A DNA stretch of 36,765 nucleotides from Anaerolineae bacterium. GTDB taxonomy: Bacteria; Chloroflexota; Anaerolineae; B4-G1; DUEL01. The notes beneath the pieces were generated by a model. That model worked only from the letters and a program-made list of their open reading frames with translations, was not told where the DNA came from and ran no database searches. Positions 9,763 through 18,900 of the stretch are shown here, piece after piece. The DNA lies in contig JBDOIF010000083.1 of NCBI GenBank assembly GCA_041082215.1, positions 1-36,765 of the forward strand, written 5' to 3'. Each line of letters opens with the position of its first letter. Position 1 is the first letter of the stretch. The position numbers were made by a program, and so were the translations under genes.

Positions 9763-11019
9763 ATGAACTGGCGCAAAGTCTGGATTGTGGCCCGTCACGA
9801 GTATCTGACCAATATCCGGAAGCCGGGATTCATTATCATGACGGCCCTCGTGCCCGCCCTGGGGTTGATTGCCCTGCTCGTCGGGGCCTTCCTGGCCCCC
9901 CAGGCCCGCCAGATCGGCGAGTCGCTGGCCTCCTTTTTCGACACGGCTGGCAAGCGGGTCGGGCTGGTGGACCATTCGGGTCGGTTCACCCCTGTGCTCC
10001 CCGAGTATCAGGAGACGCTCGTCGTCTACGAAGACGAAGCCGCCGCCGAGGCCGCGGTCCGCGCGGACGAGGTCCAGATCGTGCTGGTGGTCGCCGAGGA
10101 CTATATGCAGACCGGCCGCGTCACCGTGCTGACCCGGGGGAGCGGCTTCGATGCGGCGGTTGTCGAGGATTCTCCCTCGATCCGCTCTTTCTTCATAGAC
10201 CACCTTCTGGCCGGAGAGGTGGACCCGGAGCTGCGGGAGCGGGTCGCCGATCCGGTGGAGCTGGAGGTCAGGATGCTCACCTCGGGGGGAGAATCGCGCG
10301 GCATGAGCGGAGGATGGGGTTTTGTCTTCTCTTTTCTGGTCCCCTATTTCCTGGCCCTCTTCCTGGTGATGACCATCTTCACTTCATCCGGTTATCTCCT
10401 GCAGGGGGTGGCGGAGGAGAAGGAGAGCCGGGTGGTGGAGATCATCGTCTCCTCGGTGCGGCCGATGGAACTGATGGCAGGGAAGGTGTTGGGGCTGGGT
10501 GCGCTGGGATTGACGCAGGTGCTGGTGTGGATCGGCAGTGTGTGGGGCTTCAGCGGTGGGGCGGTCCTTATGCTGGCTGTCTCCAGCGCGGCTATGATCC
10601 CTGCCCGCGTTTTCGTGCTGGCGGCGGTGTACTATGTGCTGGGCTTTCTCCTGTACGCCCTGCTGATGGCCGGTGTGGGCGCGCTGGGCGCGACGATGCG
10701 GGAAAGCCAGCAACTGGCCGGCCTGTTCTCCCTGTTTGCGATGGCTCCCTACATGCTGAGCAGTTTTCTCTTCGCCAACCCCAACATGGGCCTGGCGCGG
10801 GCGCTCAGCTATTTTCCCCTCACCGCGCCGACCATGATGATGGTGCGTTTGCCGCTGGCAGATGTGCCGTGGATAGACGTGGTCGTCAGCATGCTGGTGC
10901 TGGTGGCCTCCATCCCGGCTGCCCTCTGGCTGGGGGGAAAGCTGTTCCAGATGGGGCTGCTCATCTACGGCAAGCGTCCGACCCTGCGGGAAGTATGGGT
11001 GATCCTGAGGGGGAAGTAG
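9763..11019 (+). CDS. ABC-2 exporter permease (NatB/YhaP-like)
   Basis: N-terminal TM, large extracytoplasmic loop, VAEEKESRVVEIIVSSV...GKVLG and multiple C-terminal TMs. Confidence 0.88.
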   Translation: MNWRKVWIVARHEYLTNIRKPGFIIMTALVPALGLIALLVGAFLAPQARQIGESLASFFDTAGKRVGLVDHSGRFTPVLPEYQETLVVYEDEAAAEAAVRADEVQIVLVVAEDYMQTGRVTVLTRGSGFDAAVVEDSPSIRSFFIDHLLAGEVDPELRERVADPVELEVRMLTSGGESRGMSGGWGFVFSFLVPYFLALFLVMTIFTSSGYLLQGVAEEKESRVVEIIVSSVRPMELMAGKVLGLGALGLTQVLVWIGSVWGFSGGAVLMLAVSSAAMIPARVFVLAAVYYVLGFLLYALLMAGVGALGATMRESQQLAGLFSLFAMAPYMLSSFLFANPNMGLARALSYFPLTAPTMMMVRLPLADVPWIDVVVSMLVLVASIPAALWLGGKLFQMGLLIYGKRPTLREVWVILRGK

Positions 11020-11031
11020 GGTAATTGGCTG

Positions 11032-11091
11032 GCCCTCACCCCTCTCCCTACCCTCTCCCCTCTCCCGCCGCGCGGGAGAAGGGGTGAGGGC
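11032..11091. repeat. GC-rich long hairpin between convergent genes; possible bidirectional terminator or REP-like element
   Basis: Outer stem GCCCTCACCCCT/AGGGGTGAGGGC, inner stem TCTCCCGC/GCGGGAGA, and a bulge of CCCTCTCCC repeats. Confidence 0.65.
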
Positions 11092-11106
11092 TGTCCTTTG
11101 TTGCAG

Positions 11107-13557
11107 TCAGTTTGTCCTGCAATAGATGGCAGCGTAGACGGCGTAATGCTCGCGGATGCGCTGCAGGTAAAGGCGCGTCTCTCCCAGGGTGATAAGCTCC
11201 AGAAAGAGATCGGGGTCCTCCCCGGCTGCGGCCAGCCACCGCTCGGCGTTGGCTGGCCCTCCGTTGTAGGCTGCCAGCGCCGCATCCAGCCGCCCGCCGA
11301 ACCGGTCCCGCTGCCGGGCCAGGTACCAGGTGCCGAACCGCAGGCTGACGTGGGGCCGGTACAGGTCGGAGGTCCTGTAGCCGGGCGGCCAGCCTAACTG
11401 GCTGGCGATCAGCTCCCCGGTGGATGGGATCACCTGCATCAGCCCGTGGGCATAGGCGTGAGAAGTGGCGAACCCCTCAAACAGGCTCTCCTGCCGGATC
11501 AGGGCAAAGAGAAGGAGCGGGGGTAGCTCCTCGGTGAGCGCGTTGGAGAGGACAAGGTCCTCGTAGTAGGTCGGATAGGCCAGGCGGGCCAGGAAGGGAG
11601 GCGCATTCAGGGCTGTTGCAGCGGGGGAGCGGCGGATCAGGTTGGAGGCGGCCAGAATGGAGGAGCGGTAGAGGCCGATGTCGCGGAAGAGCAGGGCCAG
11701 CCGGTACTGGGTCAGCGGGTCGTCGGCGGTGGCCTGACGGAGTGCCTCCAGCTCCCCTTTCGCCTCCTCCCGGCGGCCCAGTCGCCACAGCTCCAGCCCT
11801 CGCCCCAGGCGCGGGTCGGAAGCCAGAGCGGGGTCGAGCTCCCCTATCCCTTCAGCCGAAGGCAACCCCAGCCAGTCTGCCAGCCACGTCTCTGCCTCCT
11901 CCCGCCCGGCGTCCAGCTCCGATGGAGGGGAGCAGATGGCCGGCGGGAAAGGGGGGGCCGTTGGGTCGGCCAGCAGGTCGGCGGCGCGCAGGCCGTAGTA
12001 GCCGGCCGGGTCGGCCTGGACCGCCTGGCTGAAAGCGGCGGTGGCGGAGAGGGGATGGCTGGCGGAGAGGAGGGTTTTGCCCAGCCAGAGAAAACCGGCC
12101 GCCCGATAGGGGGAATCGGGATACCCTTCGGTCAGGAGCTGCCAGTCATTGGCGGCCTTTTCCATGTCGCCCAGCCGGTAGTGCTGGAGGCCGGCCCGCA
12201 GCAGGGCAGGATCGGCGTAGTCGGAGGTGGGGAAGCTGGCCTGACACGCCTCATAGGCCCGGGCCGCCTCCTCCAGCCGATCAGCTCGCTCCAGAAGCTG
12301 GGCGGCGGTCCAGAGGGCCTCGGGGGCGCGGGGATGGTCGGGCGCAGCCTGGACAAAGGCCCGGTAGGTCTCAACGGCCCCTTCCAGGTCCCCCTGGGCG
12401 TTCAGCGCCTGGGCCCATCCCATCCAGCCGTCTCCCCAGTGGTCGCTCTCCGGGTGGGTCTCCACCAGCGTCTGGAACTGGATGGCTGCCAGGGCAGGGC
12501 TTCCGGCGGCCAGGTGGGCCAGTCCGGCGTAATAGTGGGCGATGCCGGAATGGTCGGGGTTTGCTTCGATATAGTGGTAGAGAGCGGCCACCGCCGGGCC
12601 GTAGGCCTCGCCGTAGTAATCCACGATCCCCCGTGTCAACTCATCCACCTCTACGCCTGCCTCCACCAGCACCACCAGCGACTGGTAGGCCCAGGGGCTG
12701 GCGGGATAGGTCTCCACCACTTCTATGTGACGGGCGTATCCCTCCTGGGCGCGGCCGGCCAGCAGGAGAGTCTGGGCTGTCTGATGGAGGATGCGGGCGC
12801 GGTAGTCGGGGATGCGGGCCTGGGCGAGGATGGCCTCGTACTGGGCCAGGGCGGCGTCGTAGGCCTCCTGGGCGGTGTACGAAAGGGCCAGCTTTTCCCG
12901 CAGGCCGACCTCGAAAGAGAGGTCGGGGGCCAGGGCCAGCCCGGCTTCGTAGGCTGCGGCTGCCCCCCCGAAGTCACCGGCGACGTGGAGGGCGTCCCCG
13001 ATCCACTCATAGAGGTACGCGCCGATGTTTGTTCCCCCGTCCAGGTAGGCCCGGTAATGGTCGGCGGCGGCCTGGTAGTCGCCCGCCTCCATCAGCGCTT
13101 CGGCCAGGAGGAAATGGGCGTCGTGGGCCTGGGGGGAGGCCGGGAAACGGTCCAGCAGCTCCTGAAAGGCAGCCACTGCCCTTTCCGCCTCCCCGTCCTG
13201 CAGGCAGGCGGCCCCCAGCCCCAGGAGGGCCTGAGCGCCCACCGTCTCATCTGACGTGGCGGAGAGGGCGGCCTGAAAGGCCAGCGCAGCCCCTTCCGTA
13301 TCGCCGATGGCCAGCGCCTTCTCGCCGATCTTCAACAGGTCGGCCGGGAGGGGGGTGGGGGTCGGCGTGGGGGATGGGGTGGGAGTGGAGGTGGAGGTGG
13401 GAGGGAGGGGGGTGGGAGAGGCCGTGGGCAGAGGGGCGAGCAGGGCCTGGCAGGCGAGGGAGGCCAGAAGGAGGAAGGCGGAGGGGAGGAGGTATGCCCG
13501 TTTGGAGATGGGCGCGGCGGGGGCCGTGCCCGACGGGGAGAGATGGCCCATGGTCAT
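11107..13557 (-). CDS. TPR-repeat soluble lytic transglycosylase (Slt-like) lipoprotein
   Basis: Lipobox LASLAC, Pro/Thr linker, many TPR-like repeats, and C-terminal SLT motifs IRQES, AHGLMQV and AYNGG. Start placed at the ATGA overlap (13557); the longer upstream ORF extension overlaps the next gene. Confidence 0.88.
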   Translation of the reverse strand: MTMGHLSPSGTAPAAPISKRAYLLPSAFLLLASLACQALLAPLPTASPTPLPPTSTSTPTPSPTPTPTPLPADLLKIGEKALAIGDTEGAALAFQAALSATSDETVGAQALLGLGAACLQDGEAERAVAAFQELLDRFPASPQAHDAHFLLAEALMEAGDYQAAADHYRAYLDGGTNIGAYLYEWIGDALHVAGDFGGAAAAYEAGLALAPDLSFEVGLREKLALSYTAQEAYDAALAQYEAILAQARIPDYRARILHQTAQTLLLAGRAQEGYARHIEVVETYPASPWAYQSLVVLVEAGVEVDELTRGIVDYYGEAYGPAVAALYHYIEANPDHSGIAHYYAGLAHLAAGSPALAAIQFQTLVETHPESDHWGDGWMGWAQALNAQGDLEGAVETYRAFVQAAPDHPRAPEALWTAAQLLERADRLEEAARAYEACQASFPTSDYADPALLRAGLQHYRLGDMEKAANDWQLLTEGYPDSPYRAAGFLWLGKTLLSASHPLSATAAFSQAVQADPAGYYGLRAADLLADPTAPPFPPAICSPPSELDAGREEAETWLADWLGLPSAEGIGELDPALASDPRLGRGLELWRLGRREEAKGELEALRQATADDPLTQYRLALLFRDIGLYRSSILAASNLIRRSPAATALNAPPFLARLAYPTYYEDLVLSNALTEELPPLLLFALIRQESLFEGFATSHAYAHGLMQVIPSTGELIASQLGWPPGYRTSDLYRPHVSLRFGTWYLARQRDRFGGRLDAALAAYNGGPANAERWLAAAGEDPDLFLELITLGETRLYLQRIREHYAVYAAIYCRTN

Positions 13558-15056
13558 CTCCCGTAGATGCTGAGGACCACAGCCGGGGTGATGTGGACCT
13601 CGATCCAGGCTGCCACGGCCAGCATCGGGATGATCAGGGCCAGGAAGAGCTTCAGGAAGTCGGCCAGGGCCTGAAGCCATCCCTCCCCCACCGTCATCCC
13701 CCGCGGGGGGGCGATGAACGTCGCGCCCAGCCGGACCGCCAGGGCGGTGGCGATGATCGCCGCCGGAAGCTCCAGCACCCCGTGGGGCATCACGAAGGCC
13801 AGGAGGAAAAGGAAGGGATTGTAGCCGGCCCAGGCCGCCTGGAAAGCCACGTAGGCGATGATCGCCAGGGGGGCCATCAGCAACGCCACGGCCAGCGAGC
13901 CGAAAGAGAAGGTGCCCAGAAGCGCCGCCGCCAGCAGGGAGCGGATGTTGTTGCCCAGCACCCCCCAGGTGGTGAAGGCGGGGAGCCAGCTGGTGGTGGA
14001 GAGACTGGAGAAACTTTCCTCCGAGATCGAGCCCAGAGTCAGCGCCTGCGGCGGCAGGGTGAAACGAAGGGCGAAGTCCCGCCCCACCCAGGCTGCCCCG
14101 AACAGGCCGATGAGCACCAGAGCAAGGGCCAGCCCGGAGCGACGGAGCACAGCCGGGACCTCCCGCAGGTACAGTCCCGCCAGCGTCCCCGCCCACTGGA
14201 CGGGCCAGGGCTTCTTCGCAAGGTCCATCCCGAAGAGCCAGCGCTCCCAGCTCAGGTGCTGTCGGAATACCCGCCAGAGGCTGCCCAGGTTCAGCTCGTC
14301 AATCTCCCGGCCCAGCAGTTCCTCCCGGTTGAAAAGCCGGATCCCCATCCGCACCAGCAGCACGTCCACCACGATCAGGAAGAGCAGGATGTTCCAGAGG
14401 ACGGCGTTGCCTGCCTGGAGGATGATGAGGCTTTCCCCCTGAACCAGGAGGGCCATCGGGATGATGACGAAGCTGGCCAGCAGATTGGCTGCCCGCACGC
14501 TGGTGGTCTGGCTGGAGATGATGACTGCGCCGGAGACCATAACCAGCGCCTCGGCGGCGGTCAGCGTCAGGATCTGCACAAAGAGGGTGGGGGTGGGATG
14601 CCAGCCCTGGTTCCAGAGCACGGCGACGTACACCAGGATTCCCAGGCAGCCTGCCGCCAGCGGCAGAAGCAGCGCGGCCAGGGTCTTGCCCATATAGAGC
14701 TGGAGGTCGGAAAGGGGGGTCAGCAATAACGGTTCCAGACTCTTGCGCTCCTTCTCCCCCACAAAGGTCTCCAGCGCGATGACGAGGGAGACGGAGACGG
14801 GGAAGAAGCCCACCACCATCAGCATCAGCGGGAGGAGCCGTCGCTCGATCCCTTCCACCCCCCATCGCTCGTAGAACATGTTCTGCGTGCGGACGGTGAT
14901 GAAGTTCATCAGAAGGGGGAAGGCGAGGGTCAGGATCAGGATCGGCGCCAGGATGCGCCAGTCGCGGAGGCTATCCAGCAGCTCGCGGTGGGTGAGGGTC
15001 AGTACCTGACGGACCCACCCACGGCCTTCGTTCAGGCGAGAGGAGAGGGCGCTCAT
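13554..15056 (-). CDS. ABC-2 permease fused to a SpoIIM (DUF95) membrane domain
   Basis: N-half has ETFVGEKERKSLEPLLLTP...GK. C-half has GNNIRS and PHGVLELPA...AAWIEVHIT, typical of SpoIIM. ATGA overlaps at both ends. Confidence 0.82.
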   Translation of the reverse strand: MSALSSRLNEGRGWVRQVLTLTHRELLDSLRDWRILAPILILTLAFPLLMNFITVRTQNMFYERWGVEGIERRLLPLMLMVVGFFPVSVSLVIALETFVGEKERKSLEPLLLTPLSDLQLYMGKTLAALLLPLAAGCLGILVYVAVLWNQGWHPTPTLFVQILTLTAAEALVMVSGAVIISSQTTSVRAANLLASFVIIPMALLVQGESLIILQAGNAVLWNILLFLIVVDVLLVRMGIRLFNREELLGREIDELNLGSLWRVFRQHLSWERWLFGMDLAKKPWPVQWAGTLAGLYLREVPAVLRRSGLALALVLIGLFGAAWVGRDFALRFTLPPQALTLGSISEESFSSLSTTSWLPAFTTWGVLGNNIRSLLAAALLGTFSFGSLAVALLMAPLAIIAYVAFQAAWAGYNPFLFLLAFVMPHGVLELPAAIIATALAVRLGATFIAPPRGMTVGEGWLQALADFLKLFLALIIPMLAVAAWIEVHITPAVVLSIYGR

Positions 15057-15970
15057 TGTTCTGCCTCCACCACCCGCAGATAGACCGCTTCCAGGCTGCG
15101 GGGCACTTCGCTCAGGGTGACGACCGGGACTTTTGCCTGTGCCAGGGCCTGGAGGATGGGCGGGTTGACCGATTCCGGGTCCGGGGCTTCGTATCGCAGC
15201 CAGCCCGGCCCCCATTCCAGCGGGTGGGCGAAGCGGGAAACGATGGGCAACGCCCCGTCGGAGGTGGTCGCCAGCCGCAGCTCCATCACGGGGGGACCCA
15301 GGAGGCGCCGCTTCAGCTCGGCGGGAGTGCCCAGCGCCACGATCCGCCCGCGGCGGATGATGGCGATCCGATCCGCCACGATCTCCGCCTCCGCCAGGTT
15401 GTGGGTGCAGACCAGGATGGCTCGCTGTTCGTTGCGCATGGAGAGGATCGCATCCCGTACCAGCTTGGCGCTGTGGGGGTCCATCGCCGAAGTGGGCTCG
15501 TCCAGCAGCAGTACTGGCGGATCGTGCAGCAGCGTTCGGACCAGCGCCAGCTTCTGGCGCATCCCTTTGGAATACTCGCCGATCCGCCGGTCCCAGGCGT
15601 CCGGCATATCGAACTGCGCCAGGAGCCTGCGTGCCCGCTCCTGGCGGGTCTGCCGATCCAGCCCGTAGATGCGGCCGAAGAAGTCCAGGTACTCCCCGCC
15701 GCGCATCCGCAGGTAGAGGCCGGGGTGTTCGGTGAGCATCCCCACCCGCTGGCGGACGGCGATGGGGTCCTTCTGAGTGTCGAACCCGGCCACCACTGCT
15801 CGCCCCTCGGTGGGGGCCAGCAGGGCGGCCAGCATGCGCACCGTCGTCGTCTTACCGGCGCCGTTGGGGCCCAGGAGCGCGAGGATCTCGCCAGCGTTGA
15901 CCGAGAAGCTCACGCCGTCCACCGCCGTGAAGTCATCAAACCGCTTGACCAACCCTTCCAGATAGATCAT
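15053..15970 (-). CDS. ABC transporter ATP-binding protein
   Basis: [23 protein letters not shown] and CTH. Start MIYLEGL at the ATGA overlap with the kinase stop. Confidence 0.9.
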   Translation of the reverse strand: MIYLEGLVKRFDDFTAVDGVSFSVNAGEILALLGPNGAGKTTTVRMLAALLAPTEGRAVVAGFDTQKDPIAVRQRVGMLTEHPGLYLRMRGGEYLDFFGRIYGLDRQTRQERARRLLAQFDMPDAWDRRIGEYSKGMRQKLALVRTLLHDPPVLLLDEPTSAMDPHSAKLVRDAILSMRNEQRAILVCTHNLAEAEIVADRIAIIRRGRIVALGTPAELKRRLLGPPVMELRLATTSDGALPIVSRFAHPLEWGPGWLRYEAPDPESVNPPILQALAQAKVPVVTLSEVPRSLEAVYLRVVEAEQ

Positions 15971-18900
15971 GGCGCCTCGATCTTCCCTGACGTAGCTACC
16001 GGCATCGTGAAGGTGAAGGTGCTGCCTTTGCCCGGCTCGCTTTCCACCCAGATCTCCCCGCCCTGGAGTTCCACCAGGCTCTTGGTGATCACCAGCCCCA
16101 GGCCGGTGCCCGGGATGCTGCGGACCGCCGGGTTTTGGGAGCGGAAATACTTGGTAAACAGCCGGGCCTGCTCCTCCGGAGTCATGCCGATGCCGGTATC
16201 GGAGACGGAGCAACGGACGAAATGGCCGTTGTCGGCTTCTGCCAGGATGCGGATTCGCCCGCCCTCCGGTGTGTACTTGTAGGCGTTGCTGAGGAGATTG
16301 GTGAGGATCTGGACCAGCCGGTTGCGGTCGGCGGTTACGGGGGGGAGGGGGGAAGGGAGGTGCACTTCCAGCACCTGCTTCTTTGCCTCTACCTCCCCAC
16401 GGACCAGCTGCACGGCCTCCTCGACCGCTTCTTCCATCTTCACCAGCCCGATCTCCAGCTTCAACCGGCCCGCCTCGATGCGGGAAATATCCAGCAGGTC
16501 CTGCACCAGCGCGTTCATCCGCACTACATTGGAGCGGATCACCTCCAGGAAGGAGCGCTGCAGATCGTTCAGCTCCCCTGCTGCTCCGTTGAACAACAGG
16601 TCGGCGTATCCCTTAATAGAAGTCATCGGCTGTTTCAGTTCGTGGGAGACGAAGGAGATGAACTCTGTCTTGGCGTTGTTGGCTGCCTGGACCGCCTCGA
16701 ACAGCCGGGAGTTCTCGATGGCGATGGCGGCGTGGTCGGCCAGGCGGGTGACGAATTCCAGCGCCCCCTGGTCAAGCTGGCCCTGCTCCGACGACTCCAG
16801 GGCGATGACGCCGATGATCTCCGCCTCCCGGCGGATGGGCACGGTCAACTGGCTCACCATGCCTTCCACCACCGGCTCGTAGTCGGGATCGGACCGGACG
16901 TCCTCCACCAGCTCCGCCTTCCCTGTTCGCAGGGCCCGGCCGATCAGCCCTCGCTCGGCAGGCCACGGCTCTTTGCTGTGGGAGGAGATCAGCTCGTCGG
17001 GGTAGCCTTTGCTGGCCAGGAAACGGAGTCCTCGCGCCCCCTGCTCCGTCGTGACGACGATGGCCACAAGCCCCACATCGGCCCCTGTTGTCCGCAGGGC
17101 CCATTCAAGCGTGATTTCCATAACCCGGCGGTAATCAAGCGTGGCGTTCAGCTCCCGGTCAATGCGCTGCATCATCGAGAGTTCCTCCACCCGGGCGGCC
17201 AGCGCCTGGTCAGTCATCGTGAACAGCCGGGCGTTCTCGATGGCAATGGCAGCGTGGGAGGCAAAGGCGGTCAGCAGGTGGCGGTCCTCGGCGTTAAACG
17301 GGTTCCCGTCCTTCCGGTTCAGCAGTTCGATCACACCGATCACCCGGCCGTGGGCGATCATCGGCACACAGATGACCGAGCGGGTGATGAAACCGGAGCC
17401 GGCGTCCAGACCAGAGAACCACCGTCGGTCTTTCTGGACATCGTCCACGAGGATAGGGGTGGCTGTCTGAGCTACCCGGCCGACGATGCCGGTGCCCATC
17501 GGCAGACGGGTCCCTTCCAGGTCCGCCTTTCGCGGGCCGGTGACGACGTGGAACTCCAGATCGCCCCGCTCCTCATCCACCAGCAGAAGCGACCCGGCCT
17601 CTGCCTGCAGAAGCTCGATGGCCTTCTGCATGATCAGATGGAGCACCACGTCCAGTTCCAGGCTGGAGGTGATGACGCTGCCGACCTCGTTCAGCGCCTC
17701 CAGTTGTCGGGCGCGCCGTTCCATCAACTGATAGAGACGGGCCTTATCCAGGATGGCGGCGGCCTGATCGGCGATGGCGCGGAAAAGCTGAACCTGCTCT
17801 TCGGTATAGACCGTGTCGGGGTCGAAGCTGGAGACATTGATCACCCCCAGCACTCGATCCCGGGCGATGAGGGGCATGCCCATCCAGGCCTTCCCGGGCT
17901 TTCCGCCGGGCTGGACCCTTCGCCGCTGGCATTCAGCCAGATAGTCGTCGGTGACGATGGCCCGTCCGGTGCGGACGATGATGCTGGTCAACCCTTCTGT
18001 GTCCGACCAGACGTCGGTGGGGTAGCGGCGTTCCCCATCTTCCACGTAGAAGGCGAAGCGCAGGGTGTGGGCCTCGGGGTCGTAGAGGGCGATGTAGAAG
18101 TTGGAGACGTCCAGCAGCCGGGCCGCCTGGGCGTAGATCAGCTCCAGCAGGTCGTCCACCTGAACGGAGAAAGTGACCGACTGGGCGATCAGCCGGAGGA
18201 CTTCCATCTCTTCGATGCGCCGCTCCAGGGCCGTCACCAGCCGGACCCGTTCCAGGGCGGCGGCGATCTGGGGGGCCAGCAGTTCCAGGAAGCGGATGTC
18301 GGCGGCGCGGAACCGGTGCCCACGGGTCGGCCCCAGGGTCAACCACCCCTGACCGACGAGGGGGACGAAGAGGGATGGCCCCAATTGTGCCAGCCGTTCC
18401 CGCTCCGGCTCCAGCTCCTGTGGCAGTTCTCTTTCGACGGAGAGGAAGATCGGCCGGGCGTCGGTCGTCAGACGGCGGGCCAGCGGCCGGTCGGGGCGGA
18501 AGCGGACCGTGGTGGGAGGGTTGCCTGTGACCGAATGGGGTACATACCATCCCGCCCGTTTGTCCATCAGATAGAGCAGCCCATATCGGGGGGCCAGGGC
18601 CCGTTCCAGCGTCTGGCCGATAGCTCTCAACACCGTCTCTTCCGACCGGGCCGTTGCCACTTCCTGGGCGAATATCTGCAGCGCCTGTTCGGGCGCCATC
18701 CGCCGGCCCAGTACCAGCCGGTCCACCAGCCGTTCCAATCCCACCCGGACGGGCTGGATACCCAGGGCCACCAGCAGGCCGAAGAGGGCCAGCAGGATGG
18801 GGTGGAAGGGGGAGAGGGTGGGGTAGAAAGCCCGTCCGATCATCACGAGAAGGAGGTACAGGCCGATGACCCCGGCTGCCACCAGGGCACGGGGGACAGC

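Noticed and set aside
13345..13425. G-rich repetitive tract with G-quadruplex appearance
   Set aside because: Explained by the Pro/Thr linker codons of the transglycosylase on the minus strand.
13558..14196. N-terminal extension of the 1029-aa ORF, suggesting a fusion or frameshift
   Set aside because: Low-complexity alternate frame over the SpoIIM gene; the real signal peptide starts at the ATGA overlap at 13557.
8276..15056. spoVS and spoIIM as evidence of endospore formation
   Set aside because: Both families occur widely in non-sporulating bacteria and no core sporulation genes are present here.
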